Positions 53,254 through 64,000 of a DNA stretch of 64,000 bases are shown here, in pieces (positions within the stretch are counted from its first letter, which is position 1; each line of letters starts with the position of its first letter). Both the position numbers and the translations under genes were made by a program. The stretch is from Botryllus schlosseri (lineage: Eukaryota), in the NCBI GenBank assembly GCA_051294905.1, contig CM119371.1, forward strand, positions 3,970,001 through 4,034,000, read 5' to 3'. The notes under the pieces are model-generated. The model did no database searches. It was not told the DNA's origin and saw only the letters and a list, made by a program, of their open reading frames with translations.

Positions 53254-53398
53254 CATTGAAAGTTGGCTTGGTTGACTTTGATGATAATATGGACGGACGT
53301 GTAACCAAGCAGGTGGTTGAAAGTTGTTGAGGTATGTAGAGTGGCTGGACACAACTTGCTTTGCGGAAAGTTGTTGAGATGGGTCAACAGACAGCGTG
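53254..53398 (-). pseudogene. PLK-like exon, kinase XI, second copy
   Basis: AG|TLSVDPSQQLSAKQVVSSH/YIPQQLSTTCLV...|GTGAG; nucleotide-similar to 59811-59963. Confidence 0.8.
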
Positions 53399-53480
53399 CT
53401 GTGGATAAAATCATGGTAGGTCAGTGCTGTTAACATGTTAAAACCACAGAGTAACCAGTCATTACACATTCTGACTAGAG

Positions 53481-54763
53481 CAGTGGTTCCCAACGTGGGC
53501 GATATCGCCCCCCCAGGGGGCGATTTTTCGGTCCAGGGGGGCGAAAATAGCCAAGGGGGCGATAGGGGGGCGAAAACGGACGAAGGGGCGATAGGGGGGC
53601 GATGGCGCGTTGAAATGGCTATATTGGCGTCCATGACCGTAACTGCCACACCCAAACCCCCAATTGAGATGGGGGCCCGAGCTTGAAGGGGGCCCACAAT
53701 TTTTTCGTGAATTAACATTAATTATAGAGTATTATTTAGGAAATTTAGGCAACTTTCCCAAAAAAAATTCGCGCTGCGCGCCATTTCTCGGTCAAATGTT
53801 TCTTGCTTATTAGATACCCCTCCTCCAAGGAATAATACGCATGATCGATAGAAATGGGCATCTCGGTGTCAGCCATTATTATCACACCATGACGCACCAA
53901 GACATATGAAGTTTCAGGCCATGTAACATGCGACTCCGAGAAGTGTGCCAGAACGAGAAAACCTTGGCGGAAAAGGACTGCCTTTATGCTGACCGACTTC
54001 GATATAGATACGATATACATATATATTTAATTGTCCATAGGCGCCTAAATGGCTGGCGCCAAATGTTCCTGTCCTAGCAATCAGAACCCCAGAACTAAAC
54101 TGCCATCTCGCAGATAAAAATTGATTGCCAGTGCAGAAATACCAATTTTAAATCGTGTGCGACTTTTAGTTCAGAACGTATGTGCGATTTGAATATCTTT
54201 TTACATAGCAGACAGGCCACGAAATTTCATTACGTAACGAAGTCATTATACCGACGGGTCCGCCCGCATATCTTCAATTATTATTTACGGGCCCAACATT
54301 TTCCAAGACACCTCACTCAGCTTTACCGGTAAATCTGAATACATGGGCAGAGAGAGGATAAAAAATTGACAGCTATATATATGCAATTCCCGATCATATA
54401 GACCGATTCAATCATGGATGATAGAAATTTTTCGCGCTTCGCGCGAATTAATCCGACTAGCTTTATCGACCTATGGAGGGGGAGGGGGGTCAACACCAAC
54501 GTATTGGGGGGGGGGACGAAGTGCTGTTACGGTCTTTTAGGAATCATAATTCGGAGAAATCACCTTTTTTGTTAGTCAACTCACCAAAATTTAGCTGGAA
54601 AAGGGTAATTTCGAGGTCGAGCCGAAAAGTTGACCTTTTCTTAGTCGACTCGCCGGTGATTTCAGTCTGTATGCCCATTTTTCGGTTCCCAATATTTGGG
54701 GGGCGATGATCGGTGTGGAGTTTGAAAAGGGGGCGATGAGTCGAAAAAGGTTGGGAACCACTG
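53481..54763. mobile_element. Longer member of the same hAT MITE family
   Basis: TIR CAGTGGTTCCCAAC, GGGGCG subterminal motifs, perfect TSD gactagag. Confidence 0.9.
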
Positions 54764-56560
54764 GACTAGAGCCAAGTCGAATCACTCAATTTTTGAATGT
54801 GACTTGAGTCAAGCCAAATCACTATACCGTCAACTCATAAGTCACATCGAGTTTTACGGATTTTCAGGTAAAGTCATGGTTCTTGAAATTGAAGTGACTA
54901 AAGTAAATTCGAGTCATTAGAGTTTTTTGGGTTGGCTCGAGTCAAGTCAATCACCACAGAAGACTCACAATCCCGGGCGTGGCCATCCTTTTTGCCATTT
55001 CCGCCCACATTTCTACTACTGATGTGGCCTACGGCCGCATTCCAGGGCATAGTCGTGATGGACTAGCTCAGAGGTCTCAAACTCAAATGCGCTCGCAGGC
55101 CAATTTACTAGTTTTTGATGACGCCGCGGCCGCAGAATCAGTAAGAGGATATCCAATGTATAAATTTACAAGTAGGCCTTATTTGAGGGGACCTTGCAGA
55201 CAGGCATTCCTCAAACATCGCGGAAATGTAAGTTACTATTGTACTATTCACGCTTGACACGGAAAAAAATACATTTTAAAATATTTTGATAACATTGTTT
55301 TTGTGCCGAGCATAATTTGTTAAAATAATGAGGCATGGACATCATGCGAGATGACGCATCATTACATTGTAAAACTTTCGGGTTATAATATTGCAGCTAT
55401 GGAACCGATGACGTGCCACAATTTTATGTAGAATATTTTAAAATCTACTCAAGATTGATCTGATATCAGAGCATTCGAACGGTGTAGCCTAATTCTGGTT
55501 TTGGTATAGTCGTGATAAGTAGGCTATTGTTACTGTCACTGCCAAATTCAAATTAAAGAAACGTTAGATTTTGACTTCGATAATTATTGGAACCAATCAA
55601 TAACAACTTGAATATAATCATTATTGAGCCTTAGTAATAGCATTGCTTACTAACCTTTTTAGCAATCGTACCCCTTGTGCTTCCAAAAAAATTTCTCGAG
55701 CCCCTGTCCATTTTCAGCACACTTTCTGATGGTACCTATATTAAAATCAGAAAGCCCATTCACATAGGGCCAGATTTTGTTAAAATAAAGATGTACTGTG
55801 TAAAAAATTTTCAGTTTTTGAGGCAATTTTTTTTTTCAGGCAAACTTCTTTGTAATGACAGACAGTTCCAACCAGAAATGAAGATAAGTCGTAAATTCTA
55901 TCATTATGTGGGAAAACATCGAATTTGGATACGTGAGGTCAAATTTGATAAAAATTGAGATTTTTTAGGTAAAAAAATTGATTTTTTAGGTAAAAATCTT
56001 CCGTTGTTAAGAAAAAGAAAAATCGTTCTAGTTATTAGTCATTTGGTTACATGCTGTTACTGCTTGTCTCCCATAAGAATTATCGGTACAGTGTGAACAC
56101 ACGATTCCGAGTTGGTATTTCTATATGGGTCGCATCTGTACTGTGGTGCTCTGATTCCAAAGATCGCTACGATATTAAAATTGAAAAAGGAATTCACATT
56201 GAATAGCTAGTAGCGCGAAGAAATTTTCAAGTTAAATTAAAATATTTCAAGAAATCGAGAGTCAATTCGTAAATTCAAACTGCATGTCGACGGCCGCCAA
56301 CACATACCAATTGATTACATGTCAACGGCCGCACAAATTTCTTTCTAAGGCCGGAGGTTGGCCACCCCTGCACTAGCCGTATCGAGCTATTAACCATTTT
56401 GACTTGAATTGAGTGGCGTCAACTAATGAATCTAGGTTATTCAATTTTTGTTTGATTTGAGTTTGATTTCAGTCAAGTCGTGACTCGAGCCATCCCAACA
56501 CTGCAGTGCATGCGGTAATAAATACAAAAATATCAAATCAAAGTCTCAGATACAACATAC

Positions 56561-56692
56561 TTTTCATAAGACCACAAATTGCAAGTGCTACGTTTTGCGG
56601 ATCATATATTCATTCTTCTCCATTTTCGTGAAGTTTAGTTTTCCTGCAACGTCCGGATTTCAAACGGTATCTTGCTGACTAACAATCCAGAC
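56561..56692 (-). pseudogene. PLK-like exon, kinase IX-X
   Basis: AG|SGLLVSKIPFEIRTLQEN*/FTKMEKNEYMI/PQNVALAICGLMK|GT versus PLK1 [43 protein letters not shown]. Confidence 0.8.
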
Positions 56693-57223
56693 CTGCAATT
56701 ACAAAATTTATGTTATTAAGTAGCTAAGTGGGGTGCTTGCAGCTACGGTTGGGACAATGAGAATGCTCAAATCTTATTGACTATTAATTCTGATGATTTG
56801 AGTGAGGGACGTAATTTTCTACTACTGATATGATACTCTCCTTGCCACAGACACTGTTGTTCAGGAATAGATTCATTACATATTTCACATCGAGTTACAC
56901 AAGTATACAAATTTGAACAAACTACTAACATAGTCAGTAGATGGCCAACTGAGTACTGGTTTTCTGAGTAGTTCTGTTCTAGTTGCGGATTTGAAAAGTG
57001 AGTAGTTCTAGTTAGAGTTTCCAAAGCAATGAGTTGCCGCGTATCATCGTTTTTCCAGGACTAGTGATACCGATTGAAATTTACTCTGTCACTTCTACTT
57101 CCATTCCAGAATTCACGCTGAATACTTTCATCAGCTCTGTACTTATCGATTAGATAACAAGCAACCCCTTTATCAGTAGCGTGTTGATATCCAGACACAG
57201 ATCTCATACAAAAATCTCCATAC

Positions 57224-57302
57224 CAATTCCGGGCTTACTCCGTCAGACCCACCCATTTGGTAATCCAAAGCACTGGTATTGCATCTGGGTCTTCAACCTC
57301 AA
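57224..57302 (-). pseudogene. PLK-like Polo-box 1 start exon, copy a
   Basis: EVEDPDAIPVLWITKWVGLTE.. |GT versus PLK1 [26 protein letters not shown]. Confidence 0.85.
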
Positions 57303-57604
57303 CTGTTGAATTCTAAGTTGTTTTAATATACAGATTTATAACAGATAGCAAGTGCTAACAAAATTTTTGTTGCTGTCACATACGTTGCTATTTGGATAGT
57401 TGATATCTGTTGATCTCGATACGCATATGGGATGTTCAGATGTTCTTCAGAGTTCTTCCGCATGAATTGAATTGATCCATTGCTAGATTCGGATTTTAAT
57501 ACAATGGATCTCTGATTTGTAGAAGTAGGCTATACTACATTTTGAAGAGGAATTCTATTCAAAATTAAACCACTTATCGGCAATAAAATAAGTAGCCTAC
57601 TCAC

Positions 57605-57747
57605 CCATATTTAAAGCGGCCGTCATAGTCAGATTGGTGTCGATCATTTTTTTAGCTGAGCTTCGAATTCTGCCATATGGAAGTCTGATGATTCGTTACT
57701 GCATATGCTGATTGCCTCTGGATTGTCACAGATAGGTTTCTGTGTCT
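57605..57747 (-). pseudogene. PLK-like linker/Polo-cap exon, copy a
   Basis: AG|..TQKPICDNPEAISICSNESSDFHMAEFEAQLKK/IDTNLTMTAALNM|GTGAG; paralogous to 52375-52527; precedes the Polo-box exon. Confidence 0.7.
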
Positions 57748-58633
57748 CTGTATTAATTAAAATTACTTTCGCTTTGCCTAACAGGTTCACTGTGGCTTGT
57801 TTAGTGAACGCTTTTATCGGTAGCAGCCAGGGCTATAACCAACTGATAAGATTTCGAGTCACGATTCAATCTCACTTCTAAGGTTTTGACTCGAATCACA
57901 TTCATTTCACAAACTAGTCAAGTCCAAGTCACTGAGAAAGTCACTTCAAAGTGCGATGTAGATGATATCTTGACATGTTTGTTTTTGTGATGATTATTGT
58001 CTGAAATTGAGACTTGTACAAATTGCGACTCTAGTTGCATGACGAGCAGCTAACTACATCTTTCTCTGATTAGTTCTATTTCTAATTATGAAGTTGAAAA
58101 GTCAGTAGTTCTATCGTTGCAGTTTAAAAATCCAGTAAGTAGCTTACCGACCAACAATATATGTATACCTAGGGTAAAGAAAAAAAAGGCATCTAGTTAT
58201 CAAGTGGGAAGCTTGTGGCCTGCACTGGACGAAGTGGACAACTGAGAGGAAATCTATCAATGAGAATTATAATTTTGACATGATATTGCGCTGTGGAAGT
58301 CATGAAATATTGATTGATCATATCACATCATACGAGATATGTAGTACAAAACTACACATGTTAGTGGAAATGACATATCTCTGAAGGAATCAACTCACAG
58401 CATTGTCACCAAGTGCAATGAAACAGGCACTACCAAAAAAATTCAAAATTATCTTTAATATGATGTGCAACAGGCTTTACATTCTTTGTGGTTGAATAAA
58501 AGGTACATATTTGAATTTGTAATGAATGCTACTCAAATACTCGACTTGATTCAGAGTCGAATTACTCGGGTGCGCAATATTTTCAATCCCCACACCCAAG
58601 ACCCTTACAACCTCAATGTTGCATCATACTCAC

Positions 58634-58763
58634 GAAACACAACCCATCGACCGGGTGTCCACTTTGAAACTGTGTCCTTACTTTCCTACAACTTCCGGGG
58701 CAATATAGTTGGTAGCTAAGTCAAATCTCCAATCTCCATGTTGTTGCTCGGGAATAGATTCTC
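58634..58763 (-). pseudogene. PLK-like exon, kinase VII-IX, copy 2 (T-loop deleted)
   Basis: AG|ENLFPSNNMEIGD/..LAT-NYIAPEVVGK*GHSFKVDTRSMGCV|GTGAG versus PLK1 [25 protein letters not shown]. Confidence 0.9.
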
Positions 58764-59123
58764 CTGTCAATACAAATTTCAGATTTAGATACACAGGCAT
58801 CCAGACTTGTACAAATTACCAATCTAGATAGTTGATGGCCAACAAACGACCGCTTTTTTAGTAGTTGTAGTTGCGGATTTGAAAAGTGTAGTTGTCGAAC
58901 AACTGGAAAACACGTTTGGTGTGAATTTTAATACCAACTTTCTATTGTGTGCTGTTCTTATTTCTTTTCTCATTGCAATTCAGTAGTTCAAGTGTTAGTC
59001 AAGTAGTCAGTTGTGGATTCCTAATGGTTGTTAGTTCTAGGTCTAGCGAGTCTACCTCTAGTAGCACATTTCAATAAATCTAGTAGTTTGTACAAGTGCG
59101 GTATCACTGCAAGAAAATGTCGC

Positions 59124-59248
59124 CTTGACATTCCTTTGAATGATCTTACTATTGTGAAGATAAACGACTCAAGCAGAATCTGATTAATGTCATAACGAGT
59201 CTTTGTTTCTGTGATGACTCGCCATCTTTTGTTAAGTTCCATCAGCGA
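59124..59248 (-). pseudogene. PLK-like exon, kinase V-VIb, copy 2
   Basis: AG|SLMELNKRWRVITETKTRYDINQILL/VVYLHNSKIIQRNVK; one frameshift; donor is GC. Confidence 0.85.
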
Positions 59249-59810
59249 CTGGCAACAAAAATCAAAGTTAATTGGGTTGCCCTAATGAAAACAACAATGT
59301 TATTTGTTGGGCAAGGGCACATCTCAATCAGTGGTTTTCAACCTGTTCGAGTTCGTCGGCTGGTCAAGTTCGACAACTAATTTCACATATCGGTGAACCT
59401 TTCTAATTGAATATGACATGTAATGCTGCCTATTTGATAATAGACATGTCCTATGTAGGTCTTGGGTGAAATGAAGCACTAAAGTGATTTGATTATAACT
59501 TTCACATTAGAAGGCTGTAAGCATCGGTGACATATCTGTGAGTCATGATCAACCCACAGCATTCTCACAAAGTGTAATGAAATAGGTGTGGTCGAAAAAT
59601 ACAAAATTATCTTGATTGTGATGTGCAACTGGCGTGATATTGTTCGCGGTAGCATACTTCAACTTTCTACACCTTTCATACTGCTATGACGTCATTATAG
59701 ATGGTACTCGAGTTCTTGACTCGAAGTCTGATACTCAATCTAGAATCGAGTCACTCAGGTACTTGTATTTGCCCAGTCGTAACCATATTGTTGAATAGTA
59801 AAAATCTCAC

Positions 59811-59963
59811 CGTTGAAACGTTGGCTCCAGTTGACGTTCATGTAAGCTGAGCGTGCTAGCCAAGCAGGTGGTCGGTAGTTGTTGTGGAAAGTAGCCTTGG
59901 AAAAACCCACTGGACAGTGCTTGCTTCCCGGTAGGTCGTTTTGATGGGTCAATAGACAACATG
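59811..59963 (-). pseudogene. PLK-like exon, kinase XI and start of linker, copy 1
   Basis: AG|MLSIDPSKRPTGKQALSSGFFQGYFPQQLPTTCL...|GTGAG versus PLK1 [35 protein letters not shown]. Confidence 0.85.
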
Positions 59964-60642
59964 CTGCGAAAAATGATGGTAGGTCAGTTCGGAAACGAGA
60001 TGTATTCTCAAGTCACAAGTCATATACAGTAATTGCATATTTTTATAGAGTCAAGTTAAGTCACTCAATGACTCAAATCAGGTAAAGTCACACTTGGACA
60101 AGTTGACTCAGTGACCCCAACAACAGTTTGTTGCTAGGGCTGGCACAAGGGCTCGAGTCGAGAAGTGAGAGATGATTTTTTCGATTTCCGAAGTGATTCG
60201 CTTCTTGCCACGAAGAAATAATTTATCAATGACAACTATTTTCCGATACCATTTCCCACTGTGGAAGGCTGTAAACATCGATTGGTCATATAGCAGCTTA
60301 AGAAATATGCATTATGAAAGTGCAGTGTTACCGGTACTAGAAATGACATTGCTGTAAAGGTGATTCAAAACACGCAATGAAATAAGTATGGTCGAAAAAA
60401 AAAATTATCCTTGATATGATCTGGAATTATATTCTTTGTGGTCGCATAAAGGTACATATTGCAACATTCACGCTATTCTTACTGTTATGGCGTCATAATG
60501 ATTGATACTGGAATAATCGAGTCAAAGACCAATACTCGATTCAAAATCGAATTACTCATACAATGGATTTTGCTCAACTCTACACTTAAGGTCCTTGCAA
60601 CTCCGTTTAATAAACCCCAGATGAGTGTTGCATCATACTCAC

Positions 60643-60759
60643 AGAATACATCCGTGGCCAAAAAGTGTTCTTTGTTTGGCTATCAAAGTCGATTATGTTA
60701 GCTAGGCCAAAACTCCAAAACTTCATCTCCATGTTGTTGCTCTGGAAGAGAATCTCTAG
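60643..60759 (-). pseudogene. PLK-like exon, kinase VII region, copy 1 (APE segment deleted)
   Basis: AG|LEILFQSNNMEMKFWSFGLANIIDFDSQTKNT...|GTGAG versus the PLK-type LGNLFL...[22 protein letters not shown]. Confidence 0.8.
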
Positions 60760-61088
60760 CTGTGAAGACAAATCCAGTTACACAACTAGAAAAACTTGTA
60801 CAAACTGCCAATCTAGGTAATTGATGGTCAACTAGCTACTGCCTTTTTTAGTAGTTCTAGTTCTAGATGGGCACTTAGATGAAATTTGTTTACGAACATC
60901 TAGTTGACAGAAACAGTGATAGCTATGTTCTGTTATGTGATGTACTTGAAGCCATTGCCTTATTTCACATATTGACGGTACAGTTATCCTGTAGCAATTT
61001 CGGGAAACCAAATTTAGATTAAAATTAAAGTATACGAACATTTGACAAATTACATTAGAATTAGATTAGCTGCAACCAACAAAGTTAC

Positions 61089-61206
61089 CTTAATATCCCT
61101 GTCAACGATCCTACTATCGTGAAGATAAACGACTCCAAGCACAAACTGTTGCATGCAATAAGGAGTCTGTTATGGTGCGTTGTTTTTTCTAAACTTCCAT
61201 CAGCAA
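61089..61206 (-). pseudogene. PLK-like exon, kinase subdomains V-VIb, copy 1
   Basis: LLMEV*KKQRTITD.../YCMQQFVLGVVYLHDSRIVDRDIK|GT versus PLK1 [42 protein letters not shown]; acceptor mutated AG>GG. Confidence 0.85.
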
Positions 61207-61706
61207 CCGACAACAGAAAACACACATGGGATTGCTGAAATCAAAACAACTATAATAATTATTGGCAACATCTGAAAGAAGCTTTCAGTAACACATCAGG
61301 TTGAAAAGCTCGAAAATACTGGGCAATATCATTAAATTAATGATCTCGGAAAACTTGTAATTTGGATTGTGACAAGTAAAGCTGGGTTAAATCGAGTACG
61401 GGAGTCGTACGATTCTTAATCGAATGGAGTGTTAGGATTTGAGTCAAGCATTCGAGTATCACATATTCTGTGGAAAGCTCAAATATGTAGGCCTACCCTT
61501 TTGCGTGACCACAAAGAAGACAATGCCAGTTGTATATGACATTAATCATATTTCGGTATTTTTCCAGCCACACCCATTCCATTGCACTTTGTGACAATGC
61601 TGTGGGTTGATCATCACTTCACAGATATGTATTTTCCAGTAATGTGCGAAGATTTGAACTATTTGTACTACATGTTTCGTATGCTGCGATGCACCCAATC
61701 TCGGTT

Positions 61707-62400
61707 GGTTCTATACCAATACCGAGAAAACCATTACCGAGAACGGACATTACCGAGAACGCTATTACCGAGAATGGACATTACAGAGAATGGACACCAC
61801 AGAGAATGGACATTACCGAGAATTGACACCACAGAGAATGGACATTACCGAGAATTGACACCACAGAGAATGGATATTACCGAGAATTGACACCACAGAG
61901 AATGGACATTACCGAGAATTGACACCACAGAGAATGGACATTACCGAGAATTGACACCACAGAGAATGGACAGAACCGAGAATTGACACCACAGAGAATG
62001 GACATTACCGAGAATCGACACCACAGAGAATGGACATTACCGAGAATTGACACCACAGAGAATGGACAGAACCGAGAATTGACACCACAGAGAATGGACA
62101 TTACCGAGAATTGACACCACAGAGAATGGACAGAACCGAGAATTGACACCACAGAGAATGGACATTACCGAGAATTGACAAAACAGAGAATGGACAGAAC
62201 CGAGAATTGACACCACAGAGAATTGACATTACCGAGAATTGACACCACCGAGAATGGACATTACCGAGAATGGACACCACAGAGAATGGACATTGCCGAG
62301 AATGGACACCACCGAGAATGGTCATTACCGAGAATATGAGCAATACCGAGAATGGACATTATCGAGAATGGACATTACCGAGAATTGCCAATGTCGAGAA
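61707..62400 (+). repeat. 16-bp tandem array (ttaccgagaatggaca) with a 32-bp dimeric core
   Basis: Alternating ttaccgagaattgaca / ccacagagaatggaca units. Confidence 0.95.
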
Positions 62401-63720
62401 TCTATCTTACTGAGACGAACGTTGTCGGGAAAATTATACCTGCGAATTGACACCGAATGTGGCAACGCCGTGATGCACATACACGCGATCTGTACCTACA
62501 TATGCATGACATGCCTGCATGAGTGCATGCATAAATTGTACACGCGAACTCATAGTCCTAAAGCATATGATCATCAATCAATGGGGTTGGTTTTAAAGCG
62601 GTTTTACAATATCAGATGATTGTCTACAACGTTTCCGATTCGTGTAAAAACCGTGACATACGAATTAGCCTACTCCGCTTCACTGATACGGAAATCTGGA
62701 GCATCCAGTTGTCATGCATATCTCAAAAGAGTATAATATGGTTGAAATCGACAAGTCATCAACTCTCACAGAGCTCGCAAAGGGAGTAACAAATATGCTG
62801 GCAAATCATGGTCTACATTTTTCATTTGCGGCATGAGCCTACTCATTTTCAGTAGACGGTTAGTCATTCTATAGATTGGTCAACATATATGTTTAGGCTG
62901 ACGCGATAATTCATATGTTTAGGCTGACGCGATAATTCGGGAATAGAGTGTATCAAGTAGACAAGAATTAATATTGGTAGCAGATGATTACTATGGAGAA
63001 AGTGCGTATTTAATCAGTAGTGACCGTCACGAAAATCTGGCTCACGAATTATTGTAAGAGAACGTGTCTTTTGGTGATTCTGGGCGCAAACACAATTTAA
63101 TGTAGGGCGTAGATAATGAAGTTGGGTTGATTAAAAATTCTATTATCGCGTTCATCAGGATTGAACAGCACAAGATAAAGAAACTTCGTTGATCGCTGCG
63201 TATACAATTAACCGAAGTACATTTTTCATCTAAAGCAGTTAGCAAACCTAGACAAACTGTACACTGCGTAATATTCCTACGCAGAAATATATTCGATTAT
63301 GACCGTGACGATTGTGATTCCTAGGTAATGGCTTCGCTCAACAATCGGACAATCAACGAATTATGCACTTACCTTTGTAATGCAATATATCATATCTATA
63401 TTCAATGATACGTTGCGTCGCTGTACCGTACTAATTGGACCCGAATTTCATTTCGCGATGATGATAATTCTACCTGTTACAATCGCAGAATATTGTATCA
63501 GTAGGCTGCCGTTTTACTCAGCAACCTGACAACTGACAGCCAACCATTACGCTATCTTGCAGATAGTCACGCTATATTTCCTTGTCGCTCCTTTCCTACT
63601 GTTTTAAAGCTTCTACGGCTAGCAAAAATAAGAGACTGAGAAGTTCTGAATTTACTGTAAGCCCAGAAACTCTAGTTCCAACATTATAAGCAATCATGTT
63701 CCAGGTTATTTGCATTTTAT

Positions 63721-64000
63721 GGTTCCCTACTATTACCGAGAATGCTATTACCGAGATGGACATTACCGAGAAGGCTATCACCGAGAATGGACATTGCCGA
63801 GAACGGACAATACCGAGAATGGACATTACCGAGAATGGACAATACCGAGAATGGACATTACCGTGATTGGACAATACCGAGAATGGACATTACCGAGAAT
63901 GGACATTTCCGAGAATGACATTACCGAGAATGCTATTACCGAGAACGGACATTACCGAGAATGCTATTACCGAGAATAGACAATACCGAGAATGGACATT
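63721..64000 (+). repeat. Second 15-16-bp array of the same family, runs off the window
   Basis: taccgagaatggaca units beginning after ggttccctac. Confidence 0.95.

Larger units (their letters stand above)
46614..61206 (-). pseudogene. PLK1-like: Cluster of decayed Polo-like kinase (PLK1-like) exons, at least two partial gene copies
   Basis: Manual translation of splice-bounded segments gives PLK kinase and Polo-box motifs with stops and frameshifts (see individual exon entries). Confidence 0.9.

Noticed and set aside
53182..53718. 178-aa ORF as a gene
   Set aside because: Chimera of a MITE end, intron and part of a frameshifted PLK exon
52375..57747. C-type lectin reading of the W..KW.GLT exons
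   Set aside because: EDP..IP..W..KW and the neighbouring GYQL and DHTK exons fit the Polo-box much better
61725..62400. CRISPR-like array or repeat-protein ORFs
   Set aside because: Contiguous 16-bp units with no unique spacers and no cas genes; ORFs are by-products of the repeat
63042..63250. First PLK kinase exon (FANCFR resembles FAKCFE)
   Set aside because: Similarity does not extend to the catalytic Lys or helix C; unassigned

Overview
AT-rich eukaryotic (invertebrate, probably marine and possibly tunicate, which is inference) genomic window. It is dominated by nested transposable elements and decayed genes; most ORF-track entries are spurious. Supported content: (i) the 3' half of a spliced GRL101/LGR-type class A GPCR on the minus strand (4 exons, 5857-9581) with an in-frame stop; (ii) a previously hidden set of decayed, intron-containing Polo-like kinase (PLK1-like) exons on the minus strand (46614-61206), with five exon types present twice in non-colinear order; (iii) CR1/L2-type LINE copies, tRNA-derived SINEs, a full-length but broken hATm-type transposon with palindromic MITEs, and many 8-bp-TSD hAT elements that are often nested; (iv) a BEL/Pao gag split by a hAT insertion; (v) an ~8.3-kb block starting with a Maverick/Polinton-like AGTAGT terminus and ending in a ~1.7-kb-arm near-perfect palindrome that runs into a 100-N assembly gap; (vi) several satellites. 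No rRNA, CRISPR array or intact protein-coding gene could be supported. All family assignments come from manual translation and recalled motifs; no database searches were run.
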